Assembly (NCBI GenBank): GCA_951406725.2
Contig: OX597818.1
Location: 46,314,001 to 46,378,000, forward strand
Length of the DNA: 64,000 nt
Source of the DNA: Octopus vulgaris
Taxonomy: Eukaryota
Direction of reading: 5' to 3'
Shown here: in pieces, positions 40,218 to 52,452 of the stretch
Numbering within the stretch: position 1 is the first letter of the stretch
How the letters are laid out: the number at the start of each line of letters is the position of its first letter
The notes under the pieces: model-generated
What the model was told of the DNA's origin: nothing
The model's input: only the letters and a program-made list of their open reading frames with translations
Database searches by the model: none
Translations under genes and position numbers: made by a program

Positions 40218-42036
40218 GTAAGTTTTAATGTTATTATTTCATAGCTTTGTCAATTTATATTTATTCTTTTTCTCTAGACATATTTATCCCATGCTTCATT
40301 ACTCAGTTATTCTTGTTTTTTGCTTTTTTTTCTTCTCAAATTTCATTTCTTGTTCATACTCTTTGAATTTACAATTTAAGTTAATTCAAGCAAACATTAA
40401 AAATGCTGCTGCAGTTAATGTCTACATTGTATATACTTTGAATTCTTTACCAATTTGATTCTGGTATTTACCTGTTATTTACACTGTTGAGAATCACAGC
40501 TGACCAAGTGAATAAGCTCGTCATGTTATTGATAGCTTGATATGTTACTGGTAGTCAGTAGTTTATAGTAATTATCATCATTGTTTAACATCTGTTTTCT
40601 ATGCTGACATGGGTTGGATGGATTGACAGAAGCTGGCCAGCCAGAGAGTTGTCCAGGGTCCATTTGTCTGTTTTGACATGGTTTCTATGGCTGGATGCCC
40701 TTCCTAGCACCAATCACTTTACAGAGTGTGCTGGGTGCTTCCTACATGGAACCAGCATGAGCACATTTTATGTGGCAGCAGCATGAGTGCATTTTACATG
40801 GTACTGGCACCTGCAAGTCAAAAACATCTTGACTGGGAGATGGAGCGTGGACATGGCTATAAAGGACATCCCTATATGTATGGATGGCTGAGATTTTACT
40901 TAGCTTGAAGTGTTTTCTGAAGTACAGCGAATTGCCACAAGTCTTAGTCCCTTATCATCTCCTCATTAAGGCCCAGCATCTGAAGATCCTTTCTTGCCAC
41001 TTCATCTCATGTCTTTTTGGGTCTACCCTTTCTACAGATGTAAAAATATTTAATCATTTAAACTGATATATCAATGGAAAGGTTAACTCAGCTGTTACCG
41101 TATTTCTGTCAAAATACACTGCCATTTTTTCAATTAATTTTGAAATAATGAAGAATTTAGTAAAATAATTTTATCCTTATTAAGCTGCTGTTTGGAACAT
41201 AAATTAACAGAACAATTTTAAGGAATATATAGATTTAGATCACATTAACCCTTTAACATTTCAACCAACCATATTTCACACAAATATTCTGCCTGTTTTA
41301 TGTTCAAACTGGCCCAAACTAGTCTCTCACATCTACTCTGTAATGTCATTCAAAAAATAAACAATCACATCATCAAAATTTCAAAGGTATGAGATAATGC
41401 ATAACTAACTGAAAACAATCTGAATAAATGAGCATTACATTTGAAACCTGAATACATTTGAAACTGAATGCTAATGAGTTAAACATGAAGTATGTATGAT
41501 AGAACTGGTGGTAGTCTCTGGTGGGTTGTTACCAAAAGGGTAAATGCCAGTTCTCTCAATTCAGGGATTCATCTTTTATCTTTTATTTGTTTCAGTCATT
41601 AGACTGTGGTCATGCTGGGGCACCACCTTGAAGAATTTTAGTCAAGCAAATCAACCCCAGTCCTTAGTTTTTTGCTTTTTTAAGCCTGGAACTTATTCTA
41701 TTTGACCCTTTGTCAAACAACTAAGTCACATGAACATAAACACACCGATACCAGTTGTCAAGGCTTTGGTCAGTCCAAGGCTATAGAAGACACTTGTCCA
41801 AGTGTCCAAGGTGCTACACAGTGGGACTGAACCTGGAACCATGTGGTTGGGAAGCAAACTTCTTACTAAGTCTGCACCTGCAAAAGTTTAGTTTGGCTAT
41901 TTACCTTTGTTAGCCAATTAATGTTAATTATAGGACCCACTAATGTGTTATATTCTATGGTATAAATCTATAGAGTTAAATCATGTTTAGACTTCTCTAA
42001 CTGGTGACTACTCACTTTCATTTTTATTGTTTTCAG

Positions 42037-42184
42037 ACAATATCATGAATCCAACATCAGTACTAATGTCTACTTGGTTAATTCATACTGGCTGTATTCC
42101 CTGTATTGGTGTCTGGGTGTACAATCTGTAACAACAGATGAATGTCACATCTTCAATAAAATTGAAAAACCATTATGGCATTTG
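42037..42184 (+). CDS. GDPD5: GDPD exon 11: QYHESNISTNVYLVNSYWLYSLYWCLGVQSVTTDECHIFNKIEKPLWHL
   Basis: tttcag acceptor, TTG|gtaagt donor; aligns to GDE2 [25 protein letters not shown]...PLW. Confidence 0.93.
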
Positions 42185-44252
42185 GTAAGTTCGAACCAAT
42201 TTTTTCGAAGTTTCTGAAATTTTGTGTCTAATTTTATGTTTTGTATTTAGTTTGAAATCTCTTAGGAATCTGTTTCTCATTCTAATATGCATTAAAATTT
42301 TCAGTAATTTAATTTCTTACAATTAAGAAAAATAAGCATCTTTGATGATGACGATGATGATCATACTGCTACTGCTACTGACACCAACAAATGATAATAA
42401 TAATCCTTTCTACTAAAAGATCAAGACTTAAAATTTTTTGGGGAGGGGACTAGTTGATTACGTTCACCCCACTGTTTCATTGATGAAAGGCACCGTCAAC
42501 GGAATTTGAATTCAGAACATAAAGGCAGACAAGATGCCACTAAGCATTTTGTCCAGTGTACTAATGATTCTGGCAACTCAGTGCCTTAATAATGATAATA
42601 ATGATGATGATTTCAAATTTTGGAACAAGGTCGAGAGTTTCAGAGAAAGGCAAACCAATTATATTAACCCCAGAGTTCAGCTGGTACTTATCCTATTGAT
42701 CCTGAAAGAATGAATGGCTAAGTTGACCCTGGCATGTAATAATAATGTGTAACATATAGAAGATTGTAATGCTATGCACCACACACATATTATGTAGAAC
42801 ACTTTTAATTCAGTAAAAGATAATAAAACCAAAGCAACACACTATGTGTACCCATGGCACACAGCTGCATTCAATAGTGCAGTGAAAGCATACTGCAAAA
42901 AGAAAACTACTAGAAAACAATAAGAACAATATTCTGTTGTGTCTGGGGAGAGTCATTTTCTTTTTGTGCCTTATAATTTAACACACTCACCGGTACACTT
43001 ATTTCTTATTTTTATTTTCTTAAAATTTTCGTTGCATCTTGCAACCTTTTCAATAGTCTTGACTCTGTCTGTTATTTACACGGCCAAATCCAAGAACGAA
43101 ATAAGAACAACAGTAATAGTAATGATCATTTTGAAAACTATGGGATGCAACATGTTTCATTTTAAATAGAGAAAAGGCTGATATGCTCAGTAACAAAACT
43201 ATGAAAACAAATAGAGGTGAATTTCGATTTGTGAGTCTCAGGTGATCATGATACAAAAGAAGCCTTAGCACATGTCCAGAAATGGTGTTCTGCCAAAAAG
43301 TTAACATTGAACAGACAGACTCTTAATATCACTGCCCAAGCAAAAAACAAAGCCAAAATAAAATGGTGGACAAATGACGACTACATTGAAGTACTATATG
43401 CATTCTGCACTGCAAATCTATACCTGAAACATACAGGGATAATGAAACAAACATGAAATAGCGAGAAGAAGAAACACTGATATAAGGAACACAACTCGCA
43501 CTATACACACAATGCACAATACAAACACTGATACAACGAAGACTGCAATCAGACCCATAACGAAACAAACTAATGCAGTACAATATTGGAAAGAGTTTGC
43601 ACTCGCACAAAAAGGAACACACAATACTACACACACCCCAGCAACATGGAGGTGTAGCAGGTGATGCAGTAGAAATTTGCCTGAAACTAAGACACAAGAC
43701 CCAGAAAATTTTTGGAGGAAGTGGGGGCTAGTTGATTACATTGACATCAGTGTGTAATTGGTACTTATTTCAGGGACTCTGAAAGGATGAAAGGTAAAGT
43801 CAACCTTGGTGGAATTTGAATTCAGAATGCAGTGGCAGACAAAATACTGATAAGCATTTCACCTGGCGTGCTAACGATTCTGCCAGCTCGCCGCCTTCAT
43901 CATCATCATCATCATCATAATAATAATAATAAAATAATAATAATAATAATAATAAAATAATAATAATAATAATAATAATCCTTTCATGTTGTGGCATCAG
44001 TTCAGCAATTTTAGGGGTAGGGGCTAGTTGTTTGCATCAACCTGTGCTTCACTGGTATTTATTTTATTGACTCCCAGAAGAATGAAAAGCAAAGGTAACC
44101 TCATTAGAATTTGAACTTGGAACATAGAGAGCTGGAAGATATGCTGTTAGACATTTTGTTTGACATGCTATCATATTTGCTGCTCATTGCATGAGTAATA
44201 CTAATAATAGTAGCAGTCCAAATATTTAATTTTTTTTAATGTTATCTTTCAG

Positions 44253-44335
44253 ACTCCAGGAACATATCTTATGACATGGGTTTCAGTTGATATAATATCT
44301 GCTATCATCATCATCACCATACTTATAGTACAATG
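44253..44335 (+). CDS. GDPD5: GDPD exon 12 (TM6): TPGTYLMTWVSVDIISAIIIITILIVQ(W)
   Basis: tttcag acceptor, TG|gtaagt donor; aligns to GDE2 PPDEYCLMWVTADLVS. Confidence 0.92.
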
Positions 44336-44450
44336 GTAAGTCAATGTATTACATGTAAAGTTTCGCATGTAATGGAAAATTATTGCAATGTTTATCGAGT
44401 GATTTTTTTTCCTTTATTGGTCACTAACTTGAAAACTTTAATCTTTGCAG

Positions 44451-44586
44451 GGTCCGGTTATTGGGAACACGCTTCAATCCAGAAACAATTTCGTTACATT
44501 CTCAACAGACAATGACTATCCTTACAGACCAGTATCATTCTACTTCAAGACCTATGAAAGAAAATCTATTATTTACTGCTGACTAA
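44451..44586 (+). CDS. GDPD5: GDPD exon 13 (last coding exon): (W)VRLLGTRFNPETISLHSQQTMTILTDQYHSTSRPMKENLLFTAD*
   Basis: ttgcag acceptor, TAA at 44584-44586; aligns to GDE2 RLGG...YNPEQI...MKEKLIF. Confidence 0.88.
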
Positions 44587-45089
44587 CTTGAAGAAGATGT
44601 TCTGGAAACAACTGATTCTCCAATCCATCATTACATGAATACTAATGTCATCAGTGTTCCCCAGTGGATACAAGTTTACTGAAAACATTGAGACAATTCA
44701 AAGGATTCATAGAATTCCAAACAAAATTCCATTTGTTATACTACTTTCCAGGAAAATATGGAATTTATAATTAAAAAATATATATTTTATGAATGACTCT
44801 TTGTGATGGGATTTTGGCACATTTATTTTACTTTTCTTTTATATACCAGAAAGCAATCTTTAGCTCTATGTTAATGTGTTTTTTTTTAATGGCTTAGTCA
44901 AAAGACAAAGAGCAATATATATATGGAATAATTACTATGAAGCATTGTGTAGAATATTTGCATAAAGGATTGTGAGTAAGGCCAGAACGATGCAAAGTAA
45001 ATGCAAGGTAAATCACAAGAAAACATATACATGAATTAATGTACTTACCTTGCATTCAATATTTCACGGTTATGATCCCATTTTCAAGA

Positions 45090-46030
45090 AATTAACGAAT
45101 GTTGCCAGTGTGCGTGTGTGTGAGCATGTGGTTGGAGTGGACATGCACAGAAAGGTGTTGCTATAGCAAGCAGCTAGCCTCCTGTAACTCTCTTCCGTTG
45201 TTGATATTTGGTTTTCTTTGGTGTATGAGGATGGCCTCAGAGATTCTAAGGTTGCCCCTGTTCTGCTGTGTTGCCCTGATGTGCCCTGTGAATTTCTGGG
45301 TCTGGCATTTCCATAGATATTTCCTTACAGAAGTGTCTCCCTGCATGTGTTCCTTTATGTGTATATGCAGTTTTCTTATTGTGCTTCCTATGTAGGATGC
45401 GCCACATTTGCCACAGATGATCTCATACACAACATGGGTCCTCAGGCACAATTCAGTGTCATTGATGGAGCAGTTCGAATATGAATCAGTGTTATTGATG
45501 GAGCACTCCTCAGAGTAGTGAGAGGTGTTGTTCTTGGACAGAGCTTTTCTCAGAGAAGGGCTGGTGTGCACTATCTGTATGTTGTGTCCTTCTCTGTGGA
45601 CTGCATGTTGTATCACTGCAGTAGTTCTGTCGTCAAAATGTGGTAACTTTACGAAGCACGTGCCGGACTTGGGAATTTGATGGTTCTTCCAGTGTTTATT
45701 GACCCTGATGTTCTTTAGGTGCCGTTGTTTTGCTAAAGATGGTGGGTAACCATTCAGGGTTAGGTCTCTGAAGAACTGTTTGGTGTTGATGGCTTTGTCG
45801 GTCCCTTTGCTGCAATTGTTGTTTATATGCGCACTCTGGTTTGTCACGTAAGCAGCTTTGGCTCTGGTAGGTAAGGCTGATTAGTAGTGGACAAAAAGTT
45901 TTCTGCTAGTGGCTTTTCTGTAGAAGTTGGTAAATATGGAGCCTTCCTCAATGATCCTGAGTTGAAAGTCGAGTAGAGAGAAGGTTCCAGATTCGTCTGG
46001 ATGTTCAATCTCGAATTTGATATCGGCTAG
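45090..46030 (-). mobile_element. Penelope-like element 3' fragment (RT thumb and GIY-YIG endonuclease)
   Basis: FEIEHPD..FSLLDF..FYRKAT, LTLNGYP, VVYEIICGKCGASYIGST.RKLHIHIKEH, LRISEAILI..KPNIN (ORF 45161-45847). Confidence 0.9.
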
Positions 46031-47309
46031 CACAGTACCGTTCTATTCTCAAATTTGCTGAGTTGTTTAGGTCTTTTGTTGTATATTATTGTAACTTTGC
46101 TATTTTATTGTACCTCCCTGAGTGATTGTTGCTAAATTGTCTTTGTTTCTTTTTAACATTCCAGAGTAAATGTTAATTGAGATATGTAATGCTGAATGAT
46201 AAAAGTAATGATGAACTACATATTTTAGATAATAAGAAATTCTATTGTCTTTCCATATAAATAATCTGCCTAATTTTCTTTGCATTATCTATGTTACAAA
46301 TTTAAAAAATACTAAAGAAAGTAATTTTGTGCACATAAAATAACTTCCAGATTGCCAAAGAATATTAAAAACTACTTTATAGCAAATTTGAATTATTTAA
46401 ACAATTCAAAAATTGTATCATAACATTGTCAGATGTGCCATATTTTTTTAACAGATCATTTCAATTTTTACGGGCTAATTAATTTGCTTTTCCTGTATGT
46501 AGATTATTTTAAAATTTTATTTTCTTGCCACAGATTCCATACCACAGATAGCTTTTTATTATCTCCCTTGATTTTTAAAAAAACTATGTATGAAATAATT
46601 TTCAAATCTTATCAGCAGAATTGTTTTCTATACATTAAATTTCTATCTTATGCATCTTATCTAGTATGTGAAAAACTGAATCTAAGGAAGCTGGGGATTG
46701 TTTTTATCATGAAGAATTATTCAGTGAAGTTCATGTCAATTTTACGTGGCTGAAGAAGAGGAATCAAAAGGTTTTAGGTTCTTTCACTCGTGACAGAGAA
46801 ACATTTCTTCTGTTTTAAGGATTTTTTTTTATGAGTTGAAGGACATTCGCGAGATCCCATAATCGTCTTCTCCACACAGGATACAAACTTATCCAAATTC
46901 ACGCCCCCAGAAAATCAGACTCATTATGCCACACCATTTTATTTTTAATTAATTTAAATTCCTTGCTTTTCTTGACTAAGGTTTGTAATTATATTCGAAT
47001 TTTTTAAAAATTACAACGGGTATAATTGTATTCAAATTTAATTATCATGCATGTTAACGAACAGAATTTGAGCACTTGAAACAAGGGAGGCAACTCCTCA
47101 CGACTTATTGGTACCTTCCTAAAGCAAGAATTTTATCCTGTTAGATTCACTGCATTATCGATAAAAATTGATACATGGGTGTCCATGTATACACACACAC
47201 ACACGCGCGTACACACATACACAAGCACACACACACACAAACACACACTCACATATATATACAGTCAATTCAAATAATATATATAACGTTGGTATAATTA
47301 TATATGTAT

Positions 47310-47634
47310 ACTCCTACCGACTCTATTTCTTCATAACTTTCTGAAAAATGTACATTTTAATAAAATTTTGAACTAATATGTTTCAGTAGGCGTGGATTAT
47401 GATTATGTCAGAATTTGATGCGCAAAAACGTGGGTGGAGGAAGTAATACGGAGGCGGATAATTCATACACTTTATCAAAACGTAACGAGAAAACAAAGTT
47501 GAGTTGTGGGAATTATTCATCCCTCACCCCAGTTTTTTTCTGTTTTCATATCAAATTCTGATATAATTGTAATCATCTGCTTTGTCAGAAACATATTTGT
47601 AGAAAATTTTATTTAAAAAAATCTATTTTTCAGA
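47310..47634. mobile_element. Palindromic MITE-like element, interrupted near its right end by the 47635 SINE
   Basis: ~85-bp imperfect inverted arms (tctgaaaaat...cagaatttgat at ~47340-47420; atcaaattctg...atttttcaga at ~47550-47634); a possible remainder follows at ~49948-49970. Confidence 0.55.
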
Positions 47635-47781
47635 GGAGTGGCTGTGTGGTAAGCAGCTTGCTTACGAACCACATGGTTCCGGGTTCAGTCCTTTGGCAAG
47701 TGTCTTCTATTATAGCCTCGGGCCGACCAAAGCCTTGTGAGTGGATTAGGTAGACAGAAACTGAAAGAAGCCCGTCGTATA

Positions 47782-47840
<59 letters not shown>

Positions 47841-48065
47841 ATGTATGTATATGTATGTATGTATGTATATGTATGTATGTATGTATATGTATGTATGTAT
47901 GTGTATGTATGTATGTATGTGTATGTATGTATGTATATGTATGTATGTATGTATATGTATGTATGTATGTATATATATATATATGTATGTATGTATATAT
48001 ATGTATATATATATATATATGTATGTATGTATATGTATGTATGTATGTATATGTATGTATGTATG

Positions 48066-48161
<96 letters not shown>

Positions 48162-48237
48162 TATGTATGTATATATATATATGTATGTATATATATATAT
48201 GTATGTATATATATATATGTATGTATATATATATATG

Positions 48238-48269
<32 letters not shown>

Positions 48270-48423
48270 TATATATGTATGTATATATATATATATATGT
48301 ATGTATATATATGTATATATATATATATGTATGTATATATATGTATATATATATATATGTATGTATATATATGTATATATATATATATGTATGTATATAT
48401 ATGTATATATATATATATGTATG

Positions 48424-48454
<31 letters not shown>

Positions 48455-48569
48455 ATATATGTATATATATATATATGTATGTATATATATATATATGTAT
48501 GTATATATATATGTATATATATATATATATGTATGTATATATATATGTATGTATATATATATATGTATG

Positions 48570-48600
<31 letters not shown>

Positions 48601-48681
48601 GTATGTATATATATATATATGTATGTATATATATATATGTATGTATATATATATATGTATGTATATATATATATATGTATG

Positions 48682-48712
<31 letters not shown>

Positions 48713-49093
48713 GTATGTATATATATATGTATATATATATATATGTATGTATATATATATATATGTATGTATATATATATATATGTATGTATATATATAT
48801 ATATATGTATGTATATATATATGTATATGTATATATATATGTATGTATATATATATGTATATGTATATATATATGTATGTATATATATATGTATGTATAT
48901 ATATATGTATGTATATATATATGTATGTATATATATATGTATGTATATATATATGTATGTATATATATATGTATGTATATATATATGTATGTATATATAT
49001 ATGTATATGTATGTATATATGTATGTATGTATATATGTATGTATGTATATATGTATGTATGTATATATGTATGTATGTATATATGTATGTATG

Positions 49094-49125
<32 letters not shown>

Positions 49126-49950
49126 TGTATGTATGTATGTATGTATATATGTATGTATGTATATATGTATGTATGTATATATGTATGTATGTATATATGT
49201 ATGTATGTATATATGTATGTATGTATATATATATGTATGTATATATATATGTATGTATATATATATGTATGTATATATATATGTATGTATATATATATGT
49301 ATGTATATATATATGTATGTATATATATATGTATGTATATATATATGTATGTATATATATATGTATGTATATATATATGTATGTATATATATATGTATGT
49401 ATATATATATGTATGTATATATATATGTATGTATATATATATGTATGTATATATATATGTATATATATATGTATGTATATATATATGTATGTATATATAT
49501 ATGTATGTATATATATATGTATGTATATATATATGTATGTATATATATATGTATGTATGTATGTATATATATATGTATGTATGTATGTATGTATATATAT
49601 ATGTATGTATGTATGTATATATATGTATGTATGTATGTATATATATGTATGTATGTATGTATATATATGTATGTATGTATGTATATATGTATGTATGTAT
49701 GTATGTATATGTATGTGTGTGTATATGCTTGTGTGTATATGTTTGTTCCCCCAACATCGCTTGACAACCGATGCTGGTGGGTTTACGTCCCCATAACTTA
49801 GCAGTTCGGCAAAAGAGTCTAATAGAATTAGTACTAGGCTTACAAAGAATAAGTCCTGGGGTCGATTTGCTCGACTAAAGGCGGTGCTCCAGCATGACCA
49901 CAGTCAAATGACTGAAACAAGTAAAAGTGTAAAAGAGTAAAAGAGTAAGA
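47635..49950 (+). mobile_element. SINE family A with a hugely expanded internal microsatellite
   Basis: Head at 47635, 3' body resumes at ~49740, (gtaaaaga)n tail. Confidence 0.9.
47778..49740. repeat. ~2-kb compound (TG)n/(TA)n/(TATG)n microsatellite
   Basis: Directly visible; almost pure purine-pyrimidine alternation. Confidence 0.98.
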
Positions 49951-50901
49951 AACAAATTGAGGTAGAGCAAATTATCTAAAACTCCTCTCTTCTACCCTGA
50001 AGAAATTTTACACAACAAATTCCAGTATAACTTAATCTATATCATCAAAATGTCAGTTGATAAAAAGGTTATGTTCACTTTTGCATTATTTTTGGTATGA
50101 ACTCCTTTACACACACACACACACACATACACACACACACACACCAAAAAAGACCAAAAAACTGCAGTATCTCTCAATATACGCTCGTGATGATAACCAT
50201 TGGGCATTGTTAAAATTAATCTCTAAGTCTTCATAGACATGGTTGATCAAATCCTCCTTGCTGTTGACTTGAAATAGCTGAGGAATCTACATTACATCAT
50301 CATATAATTGTCTTTGAAAATTGGGGATTCTTTTATCACCAACTTGCAATAACCCAACAGAATGATATGCCAGTTGAGTTTGAGAAGTGGTATCATTATT
50401 GCTGAGACAGTTTTGCACTCTTATGTTAGTGGTGAGATGACACATGGGTGCCTCATCCCAAACAATCAAGCGTGCATCGTGAAGCAAACGACCAGTGACA
50501 TCAAGAGGAGATATTTTGCATGTTTAATTACAGTTTACCAGTATGGGGAGCTTGAATCGAGAGTAAGCAGTGCGACCTAGCTTTAATAGTGTCGCAGCAA
50601 TGCCTGATGATGGTGCCGCAATAGCTAGTTGGTTGTTTTTGCACACATAAGACAGTAATATATTAAGAAGAAAAGTTTTGCCAGTACCCCCGGGTGCATC
50701 AATAAATATCAAACCACCTTCATTTCTATCAATTTACTGTTGAATATTTTCAAAAATGATTCTCTGGTCATTATTTAGCGTATAGATGTTAGCATTGAAA
50801 AATTCTTCTGCATTTGGATCCATCTCATCTTCATGAAGTAGAACACGTAGTAGTCTGTGGTCTGTAGCTAAAATAGTTTGAATGATCTATCTTGCAAAAC
50901 A

Positions 50902-51361
50902 TGTTATAGAGTAATCTCCCTTTAATAAGTTTCTCGTCAGATTCTACTTCGTGAGAAGTAATTTTTAACTATTCAAGAAGCTTCGCGTTTCTCTTGGAAG
51001 TTTCTAAAATGTCTAGCGTTCCATTAATATAAAAACAGCTTGCTTGCCCTGCTCTTTGCTCCTTAGTCGATTAGACTCTGAGCCATTCACGTCGTTGCTA
51101 TGCCTGTCTATTTCTCTATATCACATGACTGAAAACTACCACTTAGCTGTTATTTCTACATTTCTGAACTTCCCTGCATAGATTACTTCATTCAACTAGA
51201 TTCTACATTTTGTTTATATTTCATCAACAACCAATGAATAAAATATATTTTTATGTAGTAAATATATAGTTCTTAAATTTATTCTCCTTCTTTGTAAGAA
51301 TTCTTCTAATATACACGCATCCATTTCAATACTTGATACTGAACATATATTCTACACAACA
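50902..51361 (+). mobile_element. Solo LTR (probably Gypsy) inserted in the Helitron
   Basis: TGTTATAGA...TCTACACAACA termini, 4-bp TSD AACA on both sides, internal TATA-like and AATAAA motifs; removing it restores FGLPAAIHDLRMNNVLQD. Confidence 0.75.
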
Positions 51362-52035
51362 AACATTATTCATTCGGAGATCATGAATAGCAGCAGGCAA
51401 TCCAAAAAAATATTGTACTACGGTTATGCTGACCCATGCGATGATCCGATTCACACAGCATATGATTCAGGGCAATATCCATTAGAAAAATTGTGTTGTC
51501 TCATTTGATGGGAGTAACTTTGGCAAAGAACTTCGCGAAACATGTATAATTCTAGTGGTCTGGATGGAGAGCAAAACTGAAGAATACTGACAAGCAAATT
51601 TCGTAAATCATTGGCTGAACATATTGTTCTTGCCTCATTTAGACAAAGTTCCCATTCTTGATAATTTTCTAATAGATTCATCATTTGACATGCGTGCTTA
51701 AAATTTTCGCAAACAACACTTAATTGTGATAAAATTTTCAAAGCTTGTCGCGCCCGCTTTATGTTGAAGTAATAGTCTAAGATAAAATAGCTCCCTTTGC
51801 GATGGATGTACTGAGTACACTCTACCAATAGCTTCTGGAATATCGTCACTTTGTCTAACTCTTCTCTTCCAACTTTTATTATTGTTACACCAAGTATAGT
51901 GTTGTGGGAAGTCACAATAGAGAATATCTTTTGCAAGGGGATCTTTTTCATTCACCTTGAAATATGCTGTCAATTTGGTCGATCTATTTTTTGCTAAAGC
52001 TTCTTGTGCATGTTTTGGATTGAACACAATCATCT

Positions 52036-52452
52036 ATTTCTTTACTGCCCACAAGGGGCTAAACACAGAGGGGACAAACAAGGACAGACAAACGGATTAA
52101 GCCGATTATGTCGACCCCAGTGCGTAACTGGTACTTATCTAATCGACCCCGAAAGGATGAAAGGCAAAGTCGACCTCAGCGGAATTTGAACTCAGAACGT
52201 AGCGGCAGACGAAATACCTATTTCTTTATTACCCACAAGGGGCTAAACACAGAGGGGACAAACAAGGACAGACATAGGTATTAAGTCGATTACATCGACC
52301 CCAGTGCGTAACTGGTACTTAATTTATCGACCCCGAAAGGATGAAAGGCAAAGTCGACCTCGGTGGAATTTGAACTCAGAACGTAACGACAGACGAAATA
52401 CCGCTAAGCATCTCGCCCGGCGTGCTAACGCTGATGCCAGCTCGCCGCCATG
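52036..52452 (-). mobile_element. SINE family B with a duplicated body, inserted in the Helitron
   Basis: 16-bp TSD ttgaacacaat(c/t)atct at 52020-52035 and 52453-52468; two tandem ~185-bp body units. Confidence 0.85.

Larger units (their letters stand above)
11051..44586 (+). other. GDPD5: Gene span: six-TM glycerophosphodiester phosphodiesterase (GDE2/GDE3/GDE6 = GDPD5/GDPD2/GDPD4 family), 13 coding exons, 546 aa
   Basis: Manually spliced exons of 69+104+97+159+94+146+83+151+222+149+148+83+136 = 1641 nt, all GT-AG, all phases compatible. The translation is colinear with the recalled human GDPD5 sequence ([90 protein letters not shown]). Exact paralog assignment (GDPD5 vs 4 vs 2) cannot be resolved by eye. 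Confidence 0.92.

Noticed and set aside
44957-44997. tttgcat...atgcaaa stem resembling a hammerhead near the Penelope end
   Set aside because: Neither CUGAUGA nor GAAA is present; too degenerate to support
47685-49801. Five ~670-690-aa ORFs (Y/I/H/T or M/Y/V/C/I rich) on both strands
   Set aside because: Artefacts of a stop-free (TA)/(TATG) microsatellite inside a SINE; no coding complexity
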